The notes under the pieces: generated by a model
What the model was told of the DNA's origin: nothing
Databases searched by the model: none
The model's input: the letters and a program-made list of their open reading frames with translations, nothing else
Position numbers and translations under genes: made by a program
Source: an uncultured Pelagibacteraceae bacterium
GTDB taxonomy: Bacteria > Pseudomonadota > Alphaproteobacteria > Pelagibacterales > Pelagibacteraceae
NCBI GenBank assembly: GCA_902570785.1
Contig: CACFZK010000003.1
Coordinates: forward strand, 14,623-78,622
Length of the DNA: 64,000 nt
Reading direction: 5' to 3'
Part shown: one piece after another, positions 18,986-27,394 of the stretch
How the letters are laid out: each line of letters starts with the position of its first letter
Numbering within the stretch: the stretch's first letter is position 1

Positions 18986-19740
18986 TAACCAAACCTTCCT
19001 GTAATGTAATCCTGAGTTTGTTGTTTGTCAGGATTTTTAAATATTTTTTCTGTTGATCCAAATTCTATAAGTTTTCCCAAATGAAAGAAACCTGTTTTTT
19101 GAGATACCCTAGCTGCTTGTGACATTGAGTGGGTAACTATTACAATTGTAACCTCTTTTTTAAGATCATCTATAAGTTCTTCAATTTGAGCTGTTGCTAT
19201 TGGGTCAAGCGCTGAACATGGTTCATCCATAAGAATCACTTCTGGGCTTACAGATATAGCTCTTGCAATACATAGTCGTTGCTGTTGACCTCCTGATAAA
19301 CCAGTTCCGATTTCATCAAGTCTATCTTTAACTTCGTTCCACAGGGCAGCTTTTTTCAGACTTGTTTCAACTATTTGATCCATTTCTTCTTTGCTCTGTG
19401 CAATACCGTGAATAGTAGGTCCATAAGCTACATTTTCATAAATTGATTTAGGGAACGGATTGGGTTTTTGAAAAACCATACCAACGTTTTCCCTAAGTCT
19501 CACAACATCTAATTTTCTTGAGTTGAGTTCTAGGTCATCCATTTTAATACTACCTTCAACTCTACAAATATCTATAACATCGTTCATTCTGTTCAAGCAT
19601 CTTAAGAAAGTAGACTTTCCACATCCAGATGGTCCAATTAAAGCTGTAACCTCTTTTTCTGCAATATCTATAGAGACATCAAATAATGCCTGTTTAGATC
19701 CGTAATATACATTTACATTTTCTGCTATAATTTTACTCAT
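18985..19740 (-). CDS. pstB: Phosphate ABC transporter ATP-binding protein
   Basis: 251 aa with Walker [10 protein letters not shown], signature LSGGQQQR, Walker B ILMDEP and the PstB-specific [10 protein letters not shown]. Confidence 0.95.
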   Translation of the reverse strand: MSKIIAENVNVYYGSKQALFDVSIDIAEKEVTALIGPSGCGKSTFLRCLNRMNDVIDICRVEGSIKMDDLELNSRKLDVVRLRENVGMVFQKPNPFPKSIYENVAYGPTIHGIAQSKEEMDQIVETSLKKAALWNEVKDRLDEIGTGLSGGQQQRLCIARAISVSPEVILMDEPCSALDPIATAQIEELIDDLKKEVTIVIVTHSMSQAARVSQKTGFFHLGKLIEFGSTEKIFKNPDKQQTQDYITGRFG

Positions 19741-21036
19741 TTAACTCCATTTCTTTTCAAATTTGTGTCTAACTATTTGAGCTGCCAAGTTCATTAAAAT
19801 TAAAAAAGCTAGAAGCACCATAATACATGCAGATACTTTTTCAACGAAACCCCTCTCAGCGCTTTCTGACCATATATATATCTGTACTGGTAAACTTGCA
19901 GCAGGATCAACTGGCGTGCCAGGAATTGTATTAACAAAAGCAACCATTCCTATTAAAATTAAAGGGGCTGTTTCTCCTAAAGCTTGAGCTAAGCCAATTA
20001 TCGTTCCAGATAAGGTTCCGGGCATTGATAGTGGAACAGTATGATGCATGGTCGTTTGCATATTACTTGCACCCATCGCTAAAGCAGCTTCTCTTATACT
20101 TGGTGGTACAGCTTTTAATGATGCTCTTGCAGCAATAATTATTGTTGGTAGTGTCATAAGTGACAGAGTAATTCCTCCGACAAGTGGTGTCGACCTTGGT
20201 AAATTAAAAACTGCTAATAAAATACCCAGACCTAGCAAACCAAATACTATCGATGGAACGGCTGCCAAATTGTTAATGTTTACTTCTATAAAATCTGTAA
20301 ATTTATTTTTTGGTGCAAATTCCTCGAGATAAATTGCTGCTAGCACTGCAATAGGAAATGAAAACGCTAAACATACTAATATACTAAAAACTGTTCCCAT
20401 AAACGAGCTAGCTATACCTGCTAGTTCTGCCTCTCTTGAGTCGGGATTTGTAAAGAAACTAATATTAAACTCTGATAAAATATCTCCTCTCTCATTAAGC
20501 ATATCGTAAATCTGCAGCTGATAATCATTTACTCTTCTATTCTTTTCAGGGATATCTCTTGGATAATTTCCCTTATGAACTTGATCAACATCATCAGAAG
20601 CTGTTAATTTTATGGGTACTATTTTACCTAGAAAGTCTGGATTTTTTAAAAGTAGATCTTTAACTTCTGTCTCGTATTTATACGAAACCATTTGAATCAA
20701 TTGACGATCCTCTTCTTCAGGAAGTCCAGGATCTAATGAGGTCATAGCTTTATAAGCAACATCATAATAGTCTGCATTTTCTAAATCATCTTTTGATGGG
20801 CTTTCTGCATCGATTAAAAGTAATTCTTTATCATAATGAACTTCAGTTACTATCCAAGTTTTTTGGAAAGCTGAGTAACCTTTTGAAAATATTTGAAACA
20901 TAAAAACTGCTAAAAAGGTTAAAGCTAATCCTATAGCTATTTTGCCATACCATTGAAATCTTCTTTCAGCGTTATATCTTTTTTTTAATAAATTTTTCTT
21001 ATAATTATTCATATTTTTCCCTATATCTTTTAACAA
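19741..21036 (-). CDS. pstA: Phosphate ABC transporter permease PstA (long form)
   Basis: 431 aa with an EAA-type loop (REAALAMGAS) and a large periplasmic insertion after TM1. Position is in the operon. Confidence 0.9.
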   Translation of the reverse strand: MLKDIGKNMNNYKKNLLKKRYNAERRFQWYGKIAIGLALTFLAVFMFQIFSKGYSAFQKTWIVTEVHYDKELLLIDAESPSKDDLENADYYDVAYKAMTSLDPGLPEEEDRQLIQMVSYKYETEVKDLLLKNPDFLGKIVPIKLTASDDVDQVHKGNYPRDIPEKNRRVNDYQLQIYDMLNERGDILSEFNISFFTNPDSREAELAGIASSFMGTVFSILVCLAFSFPIAVLAAIYLEEFAPKNKFTDFIEVNINNLAAVPSIVFGLLGLGILLAVFNLPRSTPLVGGITLSLMTLPTIIIAARASLKAVPPSIREAALAMGASNMQTTMHHTVPLSMPGTLSGTIIGLAQALGETAPLILIGMVAFVNTIPGTPVDPAASLPVQIYIWSESAERGFVEKVSACIMVLLAFLILMNLAAQIVRHKFEKKWS

Positions 21037-22381
21037 CTGAAAGAGCGATTACATTTAAGAATAAAGTTACTATAAATAAAGATATTCCTAAGGCAAAAGC
21101 TGATTGAGTTTTTGGATCTCCGAATTGTTGGTCTCCAATTAAAATTACTACGATTTGCGCTGTAATGGTTGAGGTTGATTCAAGTGGATTCATTGTAAGA
21201 TTAGCCGCTAGTCCTGAGGCCATTACAACAATCATTGTTTCTCCCACCGCTCTCGATACTGCTAAAAGTATCGAACCTACAATACCAGGTAAGGCTGCTG
21301 GAAAAATTACTTTTTTTACAGTCTCAGATTTTGTTGCGCCCATTGCGTAACTTCCATCTCTTAAATTTTGCGGTACTGCTGTTATAACGTCATCGCTTAA
21401 ACTTGAAATAAAAGGAATTATCATTACTCCCATAACTGCTCCTGCAGCTAAAGCGCTCTCCGATGAAACTTCTAAACCCATAGCGTTACCTATTTCTTTA
21501 ACAAAAGGACCGACGGTTAAAGCTGCAAAAAAACCGTATACCACTGTTGGAATACCAGCTAAAATCTCAATAATAGGTTTCGCATATTTTCTCACGCCTC
21601 TTCCGGCATACTCAGATAGATAAATCCCGCTTAACAAACCTATGGGGATGGCAACACACATAGCAATAAAAGCAATAAAAAAAGTTCCGGCAAATAAAGG
21701 TACAGCTCCGAAAGCATCCTTCATTAATTCAGGATCTGGCTGGCCATCTCTTACAAAAGTTTTAGCAGGATACCAATGAGTTCCGAATATAAAGTCAAAG
21801 ATTTTTACTGCTTGAAAAAATCTAATCGCTTCGAATAAAAGTGAAAAAATTATTCCGATTGTAACTAAAACTGCGCCTAATGATGCAACAAATAATACCC
21901 ATTTAAGAAAAATTTCTACTGGTTCTCTCATTCGATCATTTTTCTGAACAGATCTATATGCAAAACTCAGAGAGAAAATTAAAATTGCTAAAATAATTGC
22001 TACTTTAGCACTGTTGGCTATTCCTTTTAGTTGAATATACTTATTGGCAGACTCATCTAAAAAATTAGTAATATTTCCCGTGTAAGTTCCTACGGCTAAT
22101 GCTTTAACTTTTGTGTAAATTAGCTGAAGCTCATTTTTAGTTAAATTTTGGTCGGTGTAATCTTGTAAAATAAATGTTTTAACGATTGATGGTTCAAAAA
22201 CTGACCATAGGACAAAAATTATTAGTGCTGGTGCAGCACACCACGCAGCTAAATAATATCCATAAAATTTTGGTAATGCCGTAAGTCTTTGTGATGATTG
22301 AATAACTAAGGCTTTTTTTCTACCGAAATAATAACTTGTGAAAGCTAAGAGAATAATAAAAGTTACAAGTATTAAATTCAT
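21005..22381 (-). CDS. pstC: Phosphate ABC transporter permease PstC (long form)
   Basis: 458 aa with a permease core containing DGSYAMGATK. Position is in the operon. Confidence 0.9.
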   Translation of the reverse strand: MNLILVTFIILLAFTSYYFGRKKALVIQSSQRLTALPKFYGYYLAAWCAAPALIIFVLWSVFEPSIVKTFILQDYTDQNLTKNELQLIYTKVKALAVGTYTGNITNFLDESANKYIQLKGIANSAKVAIILAILIFSLSFAYRSVQKNDRMREPVEIFLKWVLFVASLGAVLVTIGIIFSLLFEAIRFFQAVKIFDFIFGTHWYPAKTFVRDGQPDPELMKDAFGAVPLFAGTFFIAFIAMCVAIPIGLLSGIYLSEYAGRGVRKYAKPIIEILAGIPTVVYGFFAALTVGPFVKEIGNAMGLEVSSESALAAGAVMGVMIIPFISSLSDDVITAVPQNLRDGSYAMGATKSETVKKVIFPAALPGIVGSILLAVSRAVGETMIVVMASGLAANLTMNPLESTSTITAQIVVILIGDQQFGDPKTQSAFALGISLFIVTLFLNVIALSVVKRYREKYE

Positions 22382-22398
22382 GTTGAGTTTTCAAAGAT

Positions 22399-22426
22399 AA
22401 AAAAGGGGGTAAAATACCCCCTTTTT
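22399..22426 (-). terminator. Intrinsic terminator/attenuator between pstS and pstC
   Basis: Minus-strand read: AAAAGGGGGT-AUUUU-ACCCCC followed by UUUUUU. It lies 16 nt after the pstS stop and 18 nt before the pstC start. Confidence 0.7.
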
Positions 22427-22441
22427 GTTGAATTTATACTA

Positions 22442-23446
22442 CTACTTTTTAGCAGGCATGTTAACTAACTTTGTAGCGTTAGTTCTAGAAGTTTTGTATA
22501 ACTTGCTATCTAGAGGTACTAGCCCAATATCAGTTAAATAACCTTTTGTGCCCATAGCTTTTTTACTTGTGAACTCTTTTACGAATTCATGTAAGCCAGG
22601 TACAACGCCAACGTGAGCTTTTTTCACGTAGAAGAATAAAGGTCTTGCAACTGCGTAACTGTAATCTTGAATCGAAGATAGACTTGGTTGACCACCTTCA
22701 ATGCTTGCAGCTTGCAATTTATCTTTTGCAGCTAAGAAATAACTGAAACCAAAGAAACCGAACATTTCTTTGTCCGCAGCTAATTTTTGGATAATTAGTG
22801 AGTCGTTTTCACCAACCTCAATTACCGCACCATCTTCTCTTAACGCTTTATATTTAGCGCCAGCTTTTTTAGAAGCATCATCGATACCTTTTTTCATTAC
22901 TAATGAATTCCAAGCATCTCTTGTTCCTGATGTTCCTGGAGGTACCATAACTTTGATAGGGTAGTTTGGTAATGATGAGTCGATATCACTCCAATTTTTA
23001 TATGGATTTGGTACTAACGCACCATCTTTAGCAACTTCTTTTGCTAATGCTGCCCATAAATGTTTTTTTGTAAAGTTTACTGGTTTAGCATCTTTAGAAT
23101 AAGCTAAAGTTATTCCATCGTTACCAACTGTAATTTCTACAATTTCTTCAACACCATTTTTTTGACATAGCGCATACTCTTTAGCCTTCATAGCTCTAGA
23201 TGCATTTGTTACGTCTGGGTGCTCTGTACCAACTCCGGCACAGAATAATTTAGCTCCACCACCTGTTCCTGTTGACTCGATCACTGGTGTTTTAAATTTA
23301 CCAGACGAACCAAATCTTTCAGCAACGATTGTTGCATACGGGAATACAGTTGAAGAACCAACGATTTTAATCTGATCTCTAGCTTGAGCAGAAGTTACAA
23401 CTAACATTGCAACTAATGAAGCCAAAGCGATTGATAGTTTTCTCAT
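22442..23446 (-). CDS. pstS: Phosphate-binding protein PstS
   Basis: 334 aa with a signal peptide (…VTSAQA) and the IKIVGSSTVFPY and GTSGTR blocks of the PBP-like phosphate binders. GC content and codon usage look higher than in its neighbours. Confidence 0.9.
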   Translation of the reverse strand: MRKLSIALASLVAMLVVTSAQARDQIKIVGSSTVFPYATIVAERFGSSGKFKTPVIESTGTGGGAKLFCAGVGTEHPDVTNASRAMKAKEYALCQKNGVEEIVEITVGNDGITLAYSKDAKPVNFTKKHLWAALAKEVAKDGALVPNPYKNWSDIDSSLPNYPIKVMVPPGTSGTRDAWNSLVMKKGIDDASKKAGAKYKALREDGAVIEVGENDSLIIQKLAADKEMFGFFGFSYFLAAKDKLQAASIEGGQPSLSSIQDYSYAVARPLFFYVKKAHVGVVPGLHEFVKEFTSKKAMGTKGYLTDIGLVPLDSKLYKTSRTNATKLVNMPAKK

Positions 23447-23514
23447 TGTTTATCCTTTCATTTATTAATTAATTAACAAACATAAGACTCATAGAATTAA
23501 AAGGACTCTTAAAT

Positions 23515-23532
23515 ATTACAGATGTGTTACAA
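23515..23532 (-). promoter_or_regulatory. Candidate Pho box (PhoB binding site) of pstS
   Basis: Gene-sense read is TTGTAAC-ACAT-CTGTAAT: two 7-mers at 11-nt phasing, matching the E. coli-type consensus CTGT(C/A)A(C/T). It lies 68 nt upstream of the pstS ATG and is nearly identical to the site at 27376-27393. Confidence 0.5.
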
Positions 23533-23553
23533 ATTTATTAAAATGATAACTTT

Positions 23554-24165
23554 TTAGTTGAACTTTCTAGTTATCTCGATTTGCTCATAATCAGAGGATA
23601 AAGACCCTCCGCAACTAAAAGGTCTTACTTTATTTTTAACTGCGTAGGATTGAGTTGGCTTTAATGTAACTTCTAGTTGTACAAAGTTAACTAATTTTTG
23701 AGTAAAACCTTTATCATATCTCCAAGCATTCCATTGTGTTGGAGCGGTGAATACTTCACTTAAATAAGATGCAGCTTGTGAGTGAATCATATTGCTCTCG
23801 TTTTGTCCTTTTAAAAGATTATTTTTAACTTTTTCAAAAATTTTTCTACATTTAATTGAGTCCACAATGTAAGAGTTAGCATTTAAATGAGTGCTCATCG
23901 GTGCTGACACAATTAATTGAATTCCATCGTGTCGTCTTGAAAATAAAGCTTCAGTATAAATTGTCGATACATTTTTACTATCTACTTCAAGTACTAAATC
24001 GTTTTTAGCTTGCCTAAGATCGTTTTTCAGTCTTAGAAGTCCAAGATCAAAAACTGTAAGAGGTTGAGAACGCAAAGTTTTCTCAATTAAATTTACATCT
24101 GCTTTAACAGTTGTAAAAATTAAACTTAATAAAACCAGACTTATATAATTCATTAATCTAGTCAT
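23554..24165 (-). CDS. Exported protein of unknown function embedded in the pho cluster
   Basis: 203 aa with a signal peptide (LLSLIFTTVKA/DV), two Cys and no motif I recognise. Located between phoR and pstS. Confidence 0.6.
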   Translation of the reverse strand: MTRLMNYISLVLLSLIFTTVKADVNLIEKTLRSQPLTVFDLGLLRLKNDLRQAKNDLVLEVDSKNVSTIYTEALFSRRHDGIQLIVSAPMSTHLNANSYIVDSIKCRKIFEKVKNNLLKGQNESNMIHSQAASYLSEVFTAPTQWNAWRYDKGFTQKLVNFVQLEVTLKPTQSYAVKNKVRPFSCGGSLSSDYEQIEITRKFN

Positions 24166-24228
24166 ACTAAAACTTTAACTATTTTGCCGTCTATCTCAAG
24201 ACAAAATTTAATAAAACTGTAATATTTG

Positions 24229-25434
24229 CTAAAATTTTGAAAAATGGACCTTTATTTCGGTGCCATTTTGAGCCTCGCTTTTTATTTCTAACTCACCTCT
24301 ATGCTGATTAACAATGTGCTTCACGATCGCCATTCCCAATCCAGTGCCACCAACTTTTTTACTTTTAGCGGCATCAACTCTAAAAAATCTTTCAGTAATT
24401 CTCGGAAGTTGTTCAGTTGGAATCCCAATACCATTATCTTTAATGGACACGGTATAAGAGTCTCCTATAACTTTTCCGTTACCTTGCTTACAATTAACCT
24501 CAATTTTTTTATTTTTTTCTGAATATTTTATACTGTTATCAATAATATTTGAAAAAACTTCAATTAATTTTTCATGATCGCCTTTAATAAAGAAATCATC
24601 TTTTATATTATTTTTAAATTCAAAAGATTTTAAATTTTTTTGATGGATATCTTCAACGTTACTTAAAATTTCTTTTAAATTTACTTTATCTTGAGGCTGT
24701 ATATGTTCCTCTAACTCAATTCTACTTAATGAAAGTAAATCTTTAATTAAGCTTTCCATCCTATCAGCTTGCTCAAGCATTATCGGTATGAATTTTTTTT
24801 GAGCTTCTAAATCATCTTTCGCATGTCCGCTTATAGTTTCTAAAAATCCTTTAATAGAAACTAAAGGCGTTTTAAGTTCATGGCTGACATTAGCTACAAA
24901 ATCAGATTTAAACCTTTGCGCTTTTATAATATCAGTTAAATCTTTTAGAAATAAAACAACTGAATCAGGATCATCGACATATGAGGTCGGTCCAGAGAAT
25001 AGATGAACTTTAAAGAACTGAAATGAGGGAGAGGATAATTCTAAATCCATAGTAATTGTCTCTTTTTTTAAAAGCACTAAATCAATATTTTGGAGTAAAT
25101 CAGGAACTCTCAATAATGTAGCTACGTGCTTATTTAAATTATTTGCTCCAAATTTTTTTTTTGCACTATTATTAAAAAATTTGATATTTTTAAATTTATC
25201 TACAATTAAAATTAGATCATCGATTTGATTTATAATCTTTACTTGCTCATTAGTTTTTTCAATATTTTCATTGGTGATGTCTTCTATCCCCTCTTCTTTA
25301 TCACCTGATTTTAGTTTGTCTTTTTGTCTATTTATTTCTGATTTTGCGGCTATACCTGCTCCGATGCTTTTAAAAGATACGAATATAACAAATATAGCAA
25401 GACCTGCGCCTATTAATATAAAGAGTAAATCCAT
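24229..25434 (-). CDS. phoR: Phosphate regulon sensor histidine kinase PhoR
   Basis: 401 aa with an N-terminal TM, a PAS-like segment, an H-box (SHELKTPL) and N/G boxes (DNGIGI, GGTGLGMAIVKH). Confidence 0.85.
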   Translation of the reverse strand: MDLLFILIGAGLAIFVIFVSFKSIGAGIAAKSEINRQKDKLKSGDKEEGIEDITNENIEKTNEQVKIINQIDDLILIVDKFKNIKFFNNSAKKKFGANNLNKHVATLLRVPDLLQNIDLVLLKKETITMDLELSSPSFQFFKVHLFSGPTSYVDDPDSVVLFLKDLTDIIKAQRFKSDFVANVSHELKTPLVSIKGFLETISGHAKDDLEAQKKFIPIMLEQADRMESLIKDLLSLSRIELEEHIQPQDKVNLKEILSNVEDIHQKNLKSFEFKNNIKDDFFIKGDHEKLIEVFSNIIDNSIKYSEKNKKIEVNCKQGNGKVIGDSYTVSIKDNGIGIPTEQLPRITERFFRVDAAKSKKVGGTGLGMAIVKHIVNQHRGELEIKSEAQNGTEIKVHFSKF

Positions 25435-25481
25435 TAATTAATTATAGTTGAAGTAAGGTTAATTTAAAGGGGAGATATGTC

Positions 25482-26516
25482 TTAGTTTACTGCAGTGTTA
25501 TTGATAAATATCTCTGCACATCTCTTCCAAGTAAATTGTTTAGCAAATTCTTTACAGTTGTCTCTATCTGCTTTTAAAGCTGTCAAAGCCGCTTTTTTTA
25601 AATCTTTATCAAGACAACCAATTGATTTTCCATTAGCTAATTTAAAAATATCCATTGTACCTGGGCAATCAGCGTAACCTGCTACGGGTGTTCCTGCCAT
25701 CAAAGACTCTATACATACAATTCCAAATGTTTCCGTTTTTGATGGAAAAACAAAAACGTCAGCTGATGCAAAATAAGAAGCTAATTCACCGTTCGTTTTT
25801 TGACCAACAAACTTAGCATCAGGATACTCTTTTGTGAGTTTTTTTAAATGGGGGCCTGTACCAACTAATATTTTTTTACCTGGTAAATCAAGGTCTAAAA
25901 AATCTTTAATATTTTTTTCCAATGCGATCCTTCCTACATAAACAAAAATTGGTTTGTTGTAATTTAATGTCATTTTCTTTGGTTCTCCTAAATGATCTGC
26001 CCCTCTTGTCCAAACAACCATTTTGTCATTAATTACCCCTATATCGCTTAATTCTTTTTTCATCGACTCTGTAGTGACTAATACCCTTTCAGCTTTGTTG
26101 TGAAAGTTACTTAAAAATTTTTGGGATATTTTTTCGGGTATTATAGGGAGATATAATTTTAGATATTTATCAAATCTAGTGTGAAAACTTGAAGTAAATT
26201 TTATCTTATTTCTACCTAAATATCTTCTAGCTGATAGTCCTAAAGGTCCCTCTGTAGCAATATGTATTCTAAACTGTTCATTATTATTTTGTGCTTCGAT
26301 CATTTCTTTTTTAATTAATTTACCAACCTTCCATACATTTATGGCTAATTTGATTTCATTATATTTGGGCATTGGAACTGTGAAAAATTGAGTAGGTTTA
26401 ATGTAGCTGACTTTGTGACCCATTTTTTTTAATTCAATTTCTAATCTTGAATAAGATCTGGTCACACCATTTAAAACATGTTCCGGACAAGCATCCGTAA
26501 TAATTAATATTCTCAT
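25482..26516 (-). CDS. agt: GT4 (group 1) glycosyltransferase, probable glycolipid synthase Agt
   Basis: 344 aa with a GT-B fold and the E-x7-E-like region (PSKTETFGIVCIESLMAG). It lies directly downstream of the PlcP-like gene, as in the published SAR11 lipid-renovation pair. Confidence 0.65.
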   Translation of the reverse strand: MRILIITDACPEHVLNGVTRSYSRLEIELKKMGHKVSYIKPTQFFTVPMPKYNEIKLAINVWKVGKLIKKEMIEAQNNNEQFRIHIATEGPLGLSARRYLGRNKIKFTSSFHTRFDKYLKLYLPIIPEKISQKFLSNFHNKAERVLVTTESMKKELSDIGVINDKMVVWTRGADHLGEPKKMTLNYNKPIFVYVGRIALEKNIKDFLDLDLPGKKILVGTGPHLKKLTKEYPDAKFVGQKTNGELASYFASADVFVFPSKTETFGIVCIESLMAGTPVAGYADCPGTMDIFKLANGKSIGCLDKDLKKAALTALKADRDNCKEFAKQFTWKRCAEIFINNTAVN

Positions 26517-26521
26517 AAATG

Positions 26522-27334
26522 TTAAACTACCTCTTTAAGCTGAGTTCTGTAATTTACCACTTCTTGTCTAATTTCATCCCACTTAATAATTTCCATTTTT
26601 CCATCTAGATGCTCTACAAGAGCAGTGCAGTTCTCTACCCAATCACCACAATTTAAATAGTTCACTCCATCAAAATTTTGATTTGAAGCTTTATGAATAT
26701 GTCCACAAATAATTCCGTCGACATTTTTCTTTTTACCGTAGCTAGATACAGTTTTTTCATAATCACCTATATATTTAACTGCATTCTTTACTTTATTTTT
26801 TAAAAATTTTGCAAGCGACCACTTCTCCTTGCCAAAAATGTTTCTAATAAAATTTACTAAATTATTTAGTCTTAATAATAAATTATAAGCGATGGCACCC
26901 ACTTTAGATAACCAGGGTGCATATTTCATAACACCATCCCACTGGTCTCCATGAATTACCACATATTTTTTTTTATCAACTGTTTCATGTATACATTTGT
27001 TTATTAACTCAACATCACCAAAATTTATTGGAACAAACTTTCTAAAAATCTCATCGTGGTTTCCTGTAATATATTTTACTTTTGTACCGTGTCTTGCCTT
27101 TCTAAGAGTTTTTTGAATGACATCATTGTGTTCTTGTGGCCAAAAAAAACTTTTTTTGAGAGCCCAAATATCGAAGATGTCTCCCACCAAATAAAGATTT
27201 TCTGATCTTGTGTGTTTATAAAATTCTAAGAGTTTATTTGCTTGGCAACCAACTGTTCCTAGATGAACATCTGAGATGAATATACTTTTAAATGTAAGTA
27301 TTTTTCCTTCGGCGCTAGATTTTATTTGTTTCAT
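26522..27334 (-). CDS. plcP: LpxH-like metallophosphoesterase, probable phospholipase C PlcP
   Basis: 270 aa with calcineurin-like motifs (ISDVHLG, GDIFDIW, GNHDE, HGD, GHIH). Context is the pho cluster with a GT4 gene downstream. Confidence 0.65.
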   Translation of the reverse strand: MKQIKSSAEGKILTFKSIFISDVHLGTVGCQANKLLEFYKHTRSENLYLVGDIFDIWALKKSFFWPQEHNDVIQKTLRKARHGTKVKYITGNHDEIFRKFVPINFGDVELINKCIHETVDKKKYVVIHGDQWDGVMKYAPWLSKVGAIAYNLLLRLNNLVNFIRNIFGKEKWSLAKFLKNKVKNAVKYIGDYEKTVSSYGKKKNVDGIICGHIHKASNQNFDGVNYLNCGDWVENCTALVEHLDGKMEIIKWDEIRQEVVNYRTQLKEVV

Positions 27335-27375
27335 TTTATAAAACGAATCTCTTCTTTTAGTTGAATCATAAATAT

Positions 27376-27393
27376 GTTACAGAAATGTTAAAA
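27376..27393 (-). promoter_or_regulatory. Candidate Pho box of plcP-agt
   Basis: Gene-sense read is TTTTAAC-ATTT-CTGTAAC, sharing 14/18 positions with the pstS site. It lies 41 nt upstream of the plcP ATG and ends 1 nt before the ATG of the divergent lipid kinase gene. Confidence 0.45.
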
Positions 27394-27394
27394 A

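Noticed and set aside
24217-24228. Single CTGTAAT heptamer just past the 3' end of phoR, upstream of the unknown exported protein gene.
   Set aside because: It is on the wrong strand for the downstream gene, and the second repeat (GCTAAAA) is poor. This is not enough to call a Pho box.
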